From the IMG/VR virus record IMGVR_UViG_3300023179_000020: a stretch of DNA of 64,000 bases; one strand, 5' to 3'. Both the position numbers and the translations under genes were made by a program. The notes below the pieces were generated by a model, which saw only the letters and a list, made by a program, of their open reading frames with translations, made no database searches and was not told the origin of the DNA. This DNA is from a virus. Numbering within the stretch: position 1 is the first letter of the stretch; each line of letters starts with the position of its first letter. This document shows, piece by piece, positions 48,894-57,861 of the stretch.

Positions 48894-49011
48894 TCTTTTA
48901 AAATCTGCTTTTAGAATGGTAGGTTATTTATTTTTATTATCAAACCCATTATTTGCAGTATTATTACTGATTATTAGTGAGGTTTTTGGAATATGGGAGG
49001 AAAAAGTATGA
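48856..49011 (+). CDS. 51-aa membrane protein (missed by the ORF track)
   Basis: MEHPDPKKHLQLSLLKSAFRMVGYLFLLSNPLFAVLLLIISEVFGIWEEKV; ATGA overlap with the thioredoxin gene. Confidence 0.6.
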   Translation: MEHPDPKKHLQLSLLKSAFRMVGYLFLLSNPLFAVLLLIISEVFGIWEEKV

Positions 49012-49262
49012 GCAAACAATTATACTACTACAGTGCACCTTGGTGCAACCCATGTGAAACATTAGGACCAATCATGGATCAAGTTAATAAACAGATTCCT
49101 GTTCGTAAAATTAACATTGACTATGCTGATCCGGCTGTATTAACAGAAGCGCAAGTAAGAAACATTCCTACTGTAGTTCTCGTGGAGAATAATAAGGAAG
49201 TTCGTAGATTTACAGGTATAAAAACTTTTAATCAAATTATAGACTGGTTGAATTATGGCTGA
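49008..49262 (+). CDS. Thioredoxin-like protein
   Basis: APWCNPC, VRNIPT; start moved to 49008. Confidence 0.85.
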   Translation: MSKQLYYYSAPWCNPCETLGPIMDQVNKQIPVRKINIDYADPAVLTEAQVRNIPTVVLVENNKEVRRFTGIKTFNQIIDWLNYG

Positions 49263-49515
49263 ATTTAGTAAACAATGGGCTGAAAAAAATGATCCCGAAA
49301 TGCCCTGGGATTTTGATATTTTAGAAATTGCAGATACTCTTGAACCTAATTATTATTCTTCGTACATTTGTGAAGGTTATGGTTTTATTGCCATAGCTAA
49401 AGACGGAAATGGAGACATTATGTTAGGAATACCTACAGGTACATCTAATCTTAATGAAGACGGAACATATGTTGATGAAGTAAATTGGAAATCTTTTGAC
49501 GAAGTAATAATATGA
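49255..49515 (+). CDS. Hypothetical protein
   Basis: MAEFSKQ..ICEGYG. Confidence 0.6.
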   Translation: MAEFSKQWAEKNDPEMPWDFDILEIADTLEPNYYSSYICEGYGFIAIAKDGNGDIMLGIPTGTSNLNEDGTYVDEVNWKSFDEVII

Positions 49516-49973
49516 GTTTTAAATCAACAAAATTATTTGACGGATACTCAACTTGTTTTCGTCAATGGAAAGCAGACGATACGCATTGTAAATTTTTACA
49601 TGGCTACGCTATTTCATTTAGAGTATGGTTTGAAGGTGAATTAGACGAACGTAATTGGGTGTGGGACTTTGGAGGCATGAAACGTGCTAAAACCCAAATT
49701 AATCATATGTCACCAAAAGATTTTTTTACTTGGTTACTTGACCATACTACAATTATAGCGCAAGATGATCCACATTTAGAAACTTTTAGACAACTGAATA
49801 AAGATGGTATTATACAATTAAGAGTACTACCAGCAACTGGTTGTGAACAATTTGCAAAGTATTTATACAATACTATTAATACTTTCTTAGTAGAAGAAAC
49901 AAATGGTCGAGTTAAAGTATCAAAATTAGAAGTTTATGAAAACGAACGAAACAGTGCCAGTTACGGAGAATAA
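49512..49973 (+). CDS. queD: 6-carboxytetrahydropterin synthase
   Basis: HCKFLHGY, WVWDFG, LDH, CEQFA, VYENERNSA. Confidence 0.85.
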   Translation: MSFKSTKLFDGYSTCFRQWKADDTHCKFLHGYAISFRVWFEGELDERNWVWDFGGMKRAKTQINHMSPKDFFTWLLDHTTIIAQDDPHLETFRQLNKDGIIQLRVLPATGCEQFAKYLYNTINTFLVEETNGRVKVSKLEVYENERNSASYGE

Positions 49974-50030
49974 TTACTGGACTTCAACTCCAACATACAA
50001 CATAAATTACATTTACATTTATATAAAATT

Positions 50031-50573
50031 ATGTCAAAAGTAAGTAAAAATAAAATTACGTTACTTGAAATGAGAACCGAGTATCTACGAATATTGCAAG
50101 AGGTAGGTGATTTAGAAAACGTAGAACCGTATCCATACGAAAATAACAGCTTTACGACAGATGAAAATTGGAAAGTGAAGGTAGATTTTGATATTGTCCC
50201 ATTTGCTGAATTTAAACAATTAGATTTACCTACCAAGAGATGGAATACATACAATGTGAGCTATGATGTAAATGGGGAACAATCACAGTATAAAAAAACA
50301 ACATACAAACAGCTAATAAGGATACTTAAGACTGTATCTGACATTGTAATAGATTTTGTCAAAGGTAAAGATACAGTAGAAGCATTAGGTTTTCTAGCAG
50401 CTAATAAAGACCCACAAAAATTAATTACCCATACCGATCCTCAAAAATCTGCTATCTACAAAGCAATAATAGTAAAAAGCATTTCTAAACTAGGTTCGGA
50501 GTGGAAATTAAGAGAGGTTGAAATAGGAGGCCCTGAATTTAAAGGATTTGTATTAATAAAAACAAAAATATAA
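50031..50573 (+). CDS. Hypothetical protein (ILQE site; possible head-packaged protein)
   Basis: Inserted between queD and queE; CATTTATA upstream at 50016. Confidence 0.6.
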   Translation: MSKVSKNKITLLEMRTEYLRILQEVGDLENVEPYPYENNSFTTDENWKVKVDFDIVPFAEFKQLDLPTKRWNTYNVSYDVNGEQSQYKKTTYKQLIRILKTVSDIVIDFVKGKDTVEALGFLAANKDPQKLITHTDPQKSAIYKAIIVKSISKLGSEWKLREVEIGGPEFKGFVLIKTKI

Positions 50574-50575
50574 TT

Positions 50576-51520
50576 ATGTCAAAAATAGATCCAAACAAAT
50601 TATTAATCAGTAGTGATTTTTACAGCGTACAAGGAGAAGGTTTTTCTACAGGTGTGCCTTCATATTTTGTTCGTTTAGGAAACTGTAATTTAACTTGTGG
50701 TATGTCTCGTTTATTTACTAATAAACTAATGAAAGAAAAATCATTAGAAAATGGTGAAGTATTTGAAGGTGACTTACACAAAGAAGGTAAAGCAACTTGG
50801 ACCTGTGATTCAACTTCTCAATGGCTATGGAGAGGTGAGAATAGAGACTTCCAGTATCTAATTGATAGATGGAAGGAACAAGGTATCTACGAAGATATTA
50901 AGAACGGTACTATCCATATCATTTGGACTGGTGGTGAACCTACAATTAAAGGGCATCAAGAAGCAATTGTAAACTTTACTAAACATCTGTTAAAGTCCAA
51001 TACCAAAATATCAGTACCTGATGATCTGTTTACAACATTAGAGCACCTACATGGTTTAGATAAATCTAAAATAGATGATATGTTAAGTGACACAGCAGCT
51101 GAAATGATTAGTAAATCAGATACATCATTGTATTATGAGATAGAAACAAATGGTACAGTTTATATTGACGAACCATTATTTAAAATTATTGATCAAATCA
51201 ACTGTTCACCAAAATTATCCAACTCAGGTATGACAGAAAAACAACGTATTGTTCCTGCAGCTATTAAGCGTATTATGGAACATTCAAACTACCAATTTAA
51301 GTTTGTAATTTCAAATGAAGAAGATGTTAAGGAATTGTTCCGTGACTTTATAGAACCATTTAATATTCCTCTTAAAAATGTTTGTTGTATGCCTGGAATG
51401 GATTCTCAAGAACAGTTTCATGAACGGACACAATGGGTACTTGAAATGGCTAAAAAATATCGTTTTGTAGGATTAACCCGTTTACACATCTCAGCTTGGG
51501 ACAAAACCTTAGACGTTTAA
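50576..51520 (+). CDS. queE: 7-carboxy-7-deazaguanine synthase (radical SAM)
   Basis: FYSVQGEG..G.PSYFVRL.NCNLTC..CDS, TGGEP, IETNGT, CSPKL, FKFV, RLH. Confidence 0.88.
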   Translation: MSKIDPNKLLISSDFYSVQGEGFSTGVPSYFVRLGNCNLTCGMSRLFTNKLMKEKSLENGEVFEGDLHKEGKATWTCDSTSQWLWRGENRDFQYLIDRWKEQGIYEDIKNGTIHIIWTGGEPTIKGHQEAIVNFTKHLLKSNTKISVPDDLFTTLEHLHGLDKSKIDDMLSDTAAEMISKSDTSLYYEIETNGTVYIDEPLFKIIDQINCSPKLSNSGMTEKQRIVPAAIKRIMEHSNYQFKFVISNEEDVKELFRDFIEPFNIPLKNVCCMPGMDSQEQFHERTQWVLEMAKKYRFVGLTRLHISAWDKTLDV

Positions 51521-51521
51521 T

Positions 51522-51743
51522 ATGAATAAACCAATTTTTATAATGCGATTTCCATATAATGATATGGATAGAGATAGTTTTTTAAAAAATTATGAAGCTA
51601 TAAGCAACCAATTAAATGATTATCATGTATTAGCAATGATGGATAATTATGTTGAAACAGTAACATTTGAATGTTTTAATGCCCCTCATACTGAAATGGA
51701 ATTTGAAGAATTAAAGCATCGTGTATTAGAATTACTAAAGTAA
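51522..51743 (+). CDS. Hypothetical protein
   Basis: ORF. Confidence 0.55.
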   Translation: MNKPIFIMRFPYNDMDRDSFLKNYEAISNQLNDYHVLAMMDNYVETVTFECFNAPHTEMEFEELKHRVLELLK

Positions 51744-51753
51744 AGAGTATAAC

Positions 51754-52029
51754 ATGAATAAACAATTACTAAAAGAAACAATCAATAACGAAAATGTTAT
51801 AATTCTGTTTAGTGCAGATTGGTGTGGTGCTTGTAAAGCAACTAGTCCTTATGTTCAAAAAATAGTTGAACGATTAAGGTTTAAGTTTATTAAAATTGAA
51901 GAAAACGAAGAATTAGAACAAGAATACGGTGTAGATTATTACCCTCACCTTATTTTAGCAAGCAAAGGTAAAATAAAACATTATCCAGGCGGAAACGAAA
52001 TAAAATCCCTATATGAAAGTATTATTTGA
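51754..52029 (+). CDS. Second thioredoxin-like protein
   Basis: FSADWCGACK, YGVDYYP. Confidence 0.8.
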   Translation: MNKQLLKETINNENVIILFSADWCGACKATSPYVQKIVERLRFKFIKIEENEELEQEYGVDYYPHLILASKGKIKHYPGGNEIKSLYESII

Positions 52030-52525
52030 AAAAGAAACAATTGAAAAGCAAATTAAAAAAATTGCAACTCAAATCCACAACCGCCACAAATCAGAAAAAG
52101 ATGTACCCATTGTTATGGTATGTGTTTTGAATGGTGGTTTTATGTTTTATTCTAAATTACTAGACCAATTATCACATTTAGACCCAGAATGTGAATTTAT
52201 TAAAATAAAATCTTATAAGGGTAGAGAACATGAAGCACCTGAAATGATTATTCCTGCTTCTTTAGATGTAAAAGGTAAATTTGTTTACATTGTAGACGAC
52301 ATTTATGATTCAGGTGTAACAATGGATATTTTAAGAAAGCAATTTACAGAAAAGGGTGCTTTTGGAGTAAGTGTTGTTACCCTAATAAAAAGAGAAATTA
52401 ATGAAATAAACATGCCCGTAGGTTCATTTTATGGATTTGAAATTTATGATGAATGGGTTGTTGGTTATGGTATGGATGATGAAGAAGGTAAGAAAAGAAG
52501 TTTGCCTTACATTTTGGCAGTTTGA
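52013..52525 (+). CDS. hpt: Purine (hypoxanthine/guanine-type) phosphoribosyltransferase
   Basis: VCVLNGGFMF, KSY, PRPP loop VYIVDDIYDSGVT, WVVGYGMD..R.LPYI. Confidence 0.85.
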   Translation: MKVLFEKETIEKQIKKIATQIHNRHKSEKDVPIVMVCVLNGGFMFYSKLLDQLSHLDPECEFIKIKSYKGREHEAPEMIIPASLDVKGKFVYIVDDIYDSGVTMDILRKQFTEKGAFGVSVVTLIKREINEINMPVGSFYGFEIYDEWVVGYGMDDEEGKKRSLPYILAV

Positions 52526-52542
52526 TAAAATTATAGTATATT
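52513..52542 (+). promoter_or_regulatory. Promoter TTTG-N20-TATATT
   Basis: Upstream of folE. Confidence 0.65.
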
Positions 52543-52550
52543 AAGGTTAT

Positions 52551-53246
52551 ATGGAAAACAATAGAAGAAAATTTCACAATGACATTGAATGTGTCCCATT
52601 AGGATTTGCTAATGGTTCTGCTCCTGGAGCACCATTTACAGAACGAGAAAAATTAAAAATGATTGATGAAGCAGCTGAACACTTTGGTAACTTCTTAACA
52701 GCACTAAAATGTGACTGGCAAAACGATCCTAATTCTGCTGACACTCCTCGTCGTGTAGCTAAAGCATATGTAAATGATTTGTGGGCAGGTCGTTATAACG
52801 GTTTTACAGACATTACTTCATTCCCATCAGACGGGTATGATGGAGTAATCATTGAACGTAATATTGAATTAACTTCAATGTGCTCACACCACCACCAAAC
52901 AATTAGAGGTGTAGTACACATCGGATATGTTTCAGGTGCCGAAGGTAGAGTAATTGGTTTGTCAAAACTGAATCGCATTGTAGAACATTTTGGTCGTAGA
53001 GGTGCTATTCAAGAACAATTAACTGCCGCTATCCATCAAGCAGTAAATAAAGTATGTGAAGGTAATAAAGGTGTTATTGTATCAATTGTAGCAACTCACA
53101 ATTGTGTAAGTTGTAGAGGTGTAAAACACCAAGGCGCCGCTATGGTTACTACTAAAGCATCAGGAGTATTTATGGAAAACGATAATCAAGCACGTAAAGA
53201 ATTTTTTGATTCACTTAAAATAAATAATGGTCATGTCTCAATCTAA
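52551..53246 (+). CDS. folE: GTP cyclohydrolase I
   Basis: DTPRRVAK, SMCSHH, IGLSKLNR, IQEQLT, HNCVSCRGV. Confidence 0.93.
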   Translation: MENNRRKFHNDIECVPLGFANGSAPGAPFTEREKLKMIDEAAEHFGNFLTALKCDWQNDPNSADTPRRVAKAYVNDLWAGRYNGFTDITSFPSDGYDGVIIERNIELTSMCSHHHQTIRGVVHIGYVSGAEGRVIGLSKLNRIVEHFGRRGAIQEQLTAAIHQAVNKVCEGNKGVIVSIVATHNCVSCRGVKHQGAAMVTTKASGVFMENDNQARKEFFDSLKINNGHVSI

Positions 53247-53748
53247 AACAGTAAATTACGAAGCAATTGCTAAAGCAATGCAATCAGTAGCATTTGTTGA
53301 TGAAGTAGAAACATTCAACAAAACAATGGGTAAACCCAACAATTATTCTCCAGTCATTCCTGAAGAAAAAGAATGGATGTTTGTTTATAATTTTATTCTA
53401 GAGGAACTAGAGGAATATAAAGAAGCATGTGAAAAAGGAGACATTGTAGGAGTATTAGATGCATTGTGTGACATAACTTATGTTTCACTAGGAAACGGTA
53501 CTATGCTTCATGGTCTAAAAGGCCACATTAAAGATGCATATGCTGAAGTACAAGCATCAAACATGAGTAAAGTTTGTAAAACAGAAGAAGAAGCTAATTT
53601 AACAGTTCGTGTTAGAGAACAAGAACAAGGTACTGTTTGTCATTATGAAAAACAGGGTGATTATTGGGTAGTGTATCGTACTTGGGATAGGAAAGTTATG
53701 AAATCAATCAACTACTTTAAACCAAATCTAGAGCAATTCTTTAAATAA
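53227..53748 (+). CDS. MazG-like all-alpha NTP pyrophosphohydrolase
   Basis: EELEEY..DALCDITYV..EVQASNMSK..KVMKS. Confidence 0.8.
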   Translation: MVMSQSKTVNYEAIAKAMQSVAFVDEVETFNKTMGKPNNYSPVIPEEKEWMFVYNFILEELEEYKEACEKGDIVGVLDALCDITYVSLGNGTMLHGLKGHIKDAYAEVQASNMSKVCKTEEEANLTVRVREQEQGTVCHYEKQGDYWVVYRTWDRKVMKSINYFKPNLEQFFK

Positions 53749-53766
53749 ATTTACGAATTAAATTTA

Positions 53767-53813
53767 AAATTAGGCTTGGGAAACTAAGCCTTTTTTATTA
53801 TATTAAGGTTATG
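53767..53813 (+). promoter_or_regulatory. Composite terminator hairpin and CTTG-N20-TATATT promoter, copy 1
   Basis: aggcttgg-gaaa-ctaagcct plus T-run; 44/47 identical to 59741-59787. Confidence 0.75.
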
Positions 53814-56396
53814 TACCAATCAGTTTACTACGACCATCAAACATACACCTATTACTTACGAGACGACAAACAAGGTTGGATGCAATTCCAGTTCCAACCT
53901 ACATTTTGGAAACGTACTAGTGAATGGAGTGAAAAAGCAAAACCTGTTCTAACAGGTGGCTACGCTGTGCCCACTAAAAAGTATAGTAAAGAGGATCCTG
54001 ATTTATTAGAAAAAGACATTGACAAATCACTTTTAATACTACGAGAATTATACTATAAAGAAGATGATGTTGTCCCTGAATGGCATAACATAGTCTACAT
54101 AGACATAGAAATTGAAATGGGAGGTGCACTTACACCCTCATACGTTCAACAAGCACCTATGCCTTTAACATCTATTGCTCTTATAGATGTGACTACAAAA
54201 CAAAAAATATGTCTTGTTGTTGATCCATCAGGTCAAATCAAAGAAATAAACCAAGATAGTAAACACATTATTCCTTGTAAAACTGAAAAAGAATTAATAG
54301 GTAAATTTTTATCTAAATTTGAAGAACTAGACCCTACAATACTTGTAGGATACAATTCAGATTACTTTGACATACCTTATTTATACTACAGGATTAAACA
54401 AATTGTAGGTGAAGATGAAGTGTTACGCTTGTCTCCAATCAAAAAGGTAACTGCTAGAGAATTTAATGGAGAAACACAAATCACTATTGGAGGTGTTAAT
54501 TGTTTGGACTATATGCTGCTTCATAAAAAATACATTATGAAGGAAGAACCATCATATAAATTAGGAGACATAGGAACCAAATATGTTAACCTAGGAAAAA
54601 TTGAATACGAAGGAAACTTAAACACATTATTCAAAGACAACCTAAACAAATTTATAGACTACAACTTACGAGACGTAGAAATTATTGAAGCGTTAGAGGC
54701 TAAACTTAAATTTATCGACTTAACAATAATGATTTCTCACATCTGTAACATTCCTTACGAATCAATTTACTGGAATACAGTTATGAATGAAGGTGCTATT
54801 TTAAAGCATCTTAAACGTGAAGGTATCATTTCACCAAACAAGCCAACAACTCATAATCCATCATTAAAAACATTTAATGAATCATATGCTGGTGGTTATT
54901 TGTTAGAACCTATTCCTGGTTTATATTTTGATGTTATTGATTTGGACTTTACTTCACTGTACCCTTCAATCATCAAATCACTTAATTTAGGAATTGAAAC
55001 ATTAGTTGGTAGAATTAAAGTTGATCATAGACCAACCTATGAACAAAACCATAGTCTAGATAAACTTAAAGAACGTGATCCTGAAGAAGAAATTATAATT
55101 GAAAAAGTAAACAAGAAAAATTATACTTTGGTTCAAGGAAAAACCAAAATAAAAGACCTAATTAAAATTGTTGAAGACAATAACTTTACCATTTCAGCTT
55201 CAGGTGCCATGTTTAGAACTGATGAACAAAGTGTTGTTGCTAAAATTTTAGAAGGATGGTTTGATAAACGAGAACATTATCGTGGTTTAAAGAAAAAAGC
55301 TGGTAAAGAAGAAGATTGGGCAAATTATAAATTGTATGACTTGTTTCAACATGCCTTTAAAATCTTACAAAACGCTATGTATGGTACATTTGCTAAAAGT
55401 GGATGGCGCTATACTGATGGACAATTAATTTGTAGTGCTGCTATTACAAATACTGGACAATCCCTTACACAGAATACAATTAAATTTGTTAATAATAAAA
55501 TAAACACTGAATTAAAATCAGATAAACAATACGTTTGCATTAGTGACACAGATTCGGTTTATATAGTATTAGGGGATTTATTAAAACATAGATATTCTAA
55601 TTATACTCCTGAAGACAAAGACAAACATATCCTAGAATTAGCAACCCAAATCCAAGATGAAGCAAATAATAATCTTAACACAATGTGTAAAGAATTATTT
55701 AACATTGATGCTTCTAAACACTACTTTCAGCTAAAACAAGAAGTAATTGCTAAAGGTATTCTTGTTACAGGTAAGAGAAGATATGCAATGTACATTACTA
55801 ATAAGGAAGGTGTCGCTGTTGAAGAACTGGACATGAAAGGACTTGAATTGATGAAGTCTAATATGAATAAGTTATTCAAATCATTTGGAGAACAACTTAT
55901 TAAAAACATATTGTTTGGTAAATCTAAAACTGACATAGACAATTCAATTATTGACTTTTATAAATCACTTAAAACAACAGACATTAAACAACTTGGTAAA
56001 CCAACTGGAGTAAAACAAATAAAAGCATATATTGTACCTGCCAAAGCAGGTGAAATGTTTAGTAGCTTCAGACTAAAAGCACCTTCAAACACCAAAGCAG
56101 CTGTTCGTTATAATGACTTATTAAAATTTAAAAAACTAGATAAAAAATACGAATCCATAATTGAAGGTGATAAAATTTTTATTATTAACCTAAAACCAAA
56201 CATGTACAAACTGGATACAATTGGTTTACCAAATGCTAAGGTACCTGATGAAATAGAAAAATTTGTTAAAATGTACATTGATATAGATGAAATTTTTGAA
56301 TCATTGTTGTTGAATAAGTTAAAGGAACTTTATATTGACCTTTCTTGGGAGTTCCCGCCATTAAATGCTAATGTGACTAAGTTTTTTTCGTTTTAA
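53811..56396 (+). CDS. Family B DNA polymerase (T4 gp43-like)
   Basis: Exonuclease motifs DIEIE, GYNSDYFD, YNLRD; polymerase motifs DLDFTSLYPSII, KILQNAMYG, SDTDSVY, KRRYA. Confidence 0.95.
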   Translation: MYQSVYYDHQTYTYYLRDDKQGWMQFQFQPTFWKRTSEWSEKAKPVLTGGYAVPTKKYSKEDPDLLEKDIDKSLLILRELYYKEDDVVPEWHNIVYIDIEIEMGGALTPSYVQQAPMPLTSIALIDVTTKQKICLVVDPSGQIKEINQDSKHIIPCKTEKELIGKFLSKFEELDPTILVGYNSDYFDIPYLYYRIKQIVGEDEVLRLSPIKKVTAREFNGETQITIGGVNCLDYMLLHKKYIMKEEPSYKLGDIGTKYVNLGKIEYEGNLNTLFKDNLNKFIDYNLRDVEIIEALEAKLKFIDLTIMISHICNIPYESIYWNTVMNEGAILKHLKREGIISPNKPTTHNPSLKTFNESYAGGYLLEPIPGLYFDVIDLDFTSLYPSIIKSLNLGIETLVGRIKVDHRPTYEQNHSLDKLKERDPEEEIIIEKVNKKNYTLVQGKTKIKDLIKIVEDNNFTISASGAMFRTDEQSVVAKILEGWFDKREHYRGLKKKAGKEEDWANYKLYDLFQHAFKILQNAMYGTFAKSGWRYTDGQLICSAAITNTGQSLTQNTIKFVNNKINTELKSDKQYVCISDTDSVYIVLGDLLKHRYSNYTPEDKDKHILELATQIQDEANNNLNTMCKELFNIDASKHYFQLKQEVIAKGILVTGKRRYAMYITNKEGVAVEELDMKGLELMKSNMNKLFKSFGEQLIKNILFGKSKTDIDNSIIDFYKSLKTTDIKQLGKPTGVKQIKAYIVPAKAGEMFSSFRLKAPSNTKAAVRYNDLLKFKKLDKKYESIIEGDKIFIINLKPNMYKLDTIGLPNAKVPDEIEKFVKMYIDIDEIFESLLLNKLKELYIDLSWEFPPLNANVTKFFSF

Positions 56397-56397
56397 A

Positions 56398-56427
56398 TTT
56401 GTATTTTTTAATTAGTTTTATTATATT
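56398..56427 (+). promoter_or_regulatory. Promoter TTTG-N20-TATATT
   Basis: Conserved spacing; implies the next gene starts at ATG 56435. Confidence 0.65.
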
Positions 56428-56434
56428 AGGTTAT

Positions 56435-57157
56435 ATGATTTCAAAACTAGAACTTCAATCTGTTATAGAAAAATACCATTTAAATGGCTTAATTGAAAAC
56501 GTTAAATGGGAAATAAGTAAAGATAAACAACTTACTATCAATTTTATGTCCCCAACCCGGGAAATGATAGGTAAAGTTACAACAGAATCCTTCCCATTAC
56601 CTGAATCAGCAATTGGAATTAGTAATACAACTCAACTTGATAAACTGTTAGCCATTACAAGTGGTGATTTGGTTCTTGATTATGTTAAAGAAGGAAAAGT
56701 TATCACCAAACTACTAATTGCAGACGAACAATTTAATTTAAATTATACTTTAGCAGACTTGCTTACTATTCCCAAACCAGGGGAATACAATGGTCCTGAA
56801 GACTATGATGTTAAAGTAAAATTAGACAACGAAAGTATCAGTGCATTGATTAAAGCAAAAAATGCTCTTCCTAATGTTGAAAATGTAGTTGTTGAACCGG
56901 ATGAATTAGGATTAGGATTTACATTTGGAGGAGACGTTGAATACGCAAACAAAGTATCATACTTTATCCAAAACATAACTCCCCCTGAAAATGCCTTTAA
57001 ATTAACATACAATTCAGATTTGTTAAAAGAAATTTTAGTTTGTAATAAAAGTATGGATGAAGGTACTCTATATGTTAAAAGCAATGGTTTAATGAAACTC
57101 ATGTTTACTGGTAAAAATTTACAAAGTACATATTACATTGTTGCGAAAGAACAATAA
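56435..57157 (+). CDS. Sliding clamp (gp45/PCNA-like)
   Basis: ~240 aa two-domain beta pattern ending GLMKLMF..STYYIV; follows PolB. Confidence 0.65.
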   Translation: MISKLELQSVIEKYHLNGLIENVKWEISKDKQLTINFMSPTREMIGKVTTESFPLPESAIGISNTTQLDKLLAITSGDLVLDYVKEGKVITKLLIADEQFNLNYTLADLLTIPKPGEYNGPEDYDVKVKLDNESISALIKAKNALPNVENVVVEPDELGLGFTFGGDVEYANKVSYFIQNITPPENAFKLTYNSDLLKEILVCNKSMDEGTLYVKSNGLMKLMFTGKNLQSTYYIVAKEQ

Positions 57158-57164
57158 ATGCATA

Positions 57165-57220
57165 TATTTATAAACAAAAGTTGCATTTTATTTGGTTATT
57201 TAAAGTTTTGTTCGTATATT
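57165..57220 (+). promoter_or_regulatory. Tandem late (TATTTATA at 57165) and TTTG-N20-TATATT (57191) promoters upstream of the groES/groEL unit
   Basis: Both motifs present. Confidence 0.6.
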
Positions 57221-57237
57221 CAAATAAATAATAAGTT

Positions 57238-57564
57238 ATGAAACAAGAAAAACAAGCGTTGTCATCCTTGACGCTAATTAAGGATCCACTCATTGAGCCC
57301 TACTTTATTGGTAAAGATGCTAGCAGTTACACTGTTTATGAAACATTAAAACCTGGCACTAATAAAGGTGGAAGAGGACGACAAACCCGTGCTCAAGAAG
57401 GTCTTAAAGCCCACACTCACCATTCATCATTTGGTTCAGCCATTTCATCAATTGCTAAACTTAAAATTGACAACAGACCTGTTTATGAATCACTTTCAGA
57501 GTATGTTGCTGAATGGAAACGAGTAAAAGAAGAAATTACACAAATTATTCACCCAGAATTATGA
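57238..57564 (+). CDS. Hypothetical protein
   Basis: ORF. Confidence 0.6.
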   Translation: MKQEKQALSSLTLIKDPLIEPYFIGKDASSYTVYETLKPGTNKGGRGRQTRAQEGLKAHTHHSSFGSAISSIAKLKIDNRPVYESLSEYVAEWKRVKEEITQIIHPEL

Positions 57565-57854
57565 AACAGTTACAAGCAACATTTAACGCGGTTATAGTTA
57601 AACCCCGTGAATCAGAAGAGTCAATGTACGGCTCAATTATAGTACCCGACTTGGGGAAAGAAAAAGCACTTATTGGAACAATTGTATCCGTAGGTGAAGG
57701 TTATCATTCAGCAACAGGTGTTTGGATTAGTACTATCCTAAAAGAAGGAATGGAAGTTATGCTTCCAGCTATGGGACCAAACAAAATTGAATTTGATGGC
57801 CAAGAATACTGGGTATGCCCAGAAAACCAAGTATTAGCAATTATAACAGAATAA
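57561..57854 (+). CDS. groES: Co-chaperonin GroES
   Basis: VIVKP..GSIIVPD..KEK..GTIVSVGEG..DGQEY..VLAI; start moved to ATG 57561. Confidence 0.88.
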   Translation: MKQLQATFNAVIVKPRESEESMYGSIIVPDLGKEKALIGTIVSVGEGYHSATGVWISTILKEGMEVMLPAMGPNKIEFDGQEYWVCPENQVLAIITE

Positions 57855-57861
57855 AATAAAT

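Noticed and set aside
37285-56396. Inteins in UvsX, helicase, NrdA or PolB
   Set aside because: Protein lengths are normal and no C...HN splice motifs or LAGLIDADG blocks were seen.
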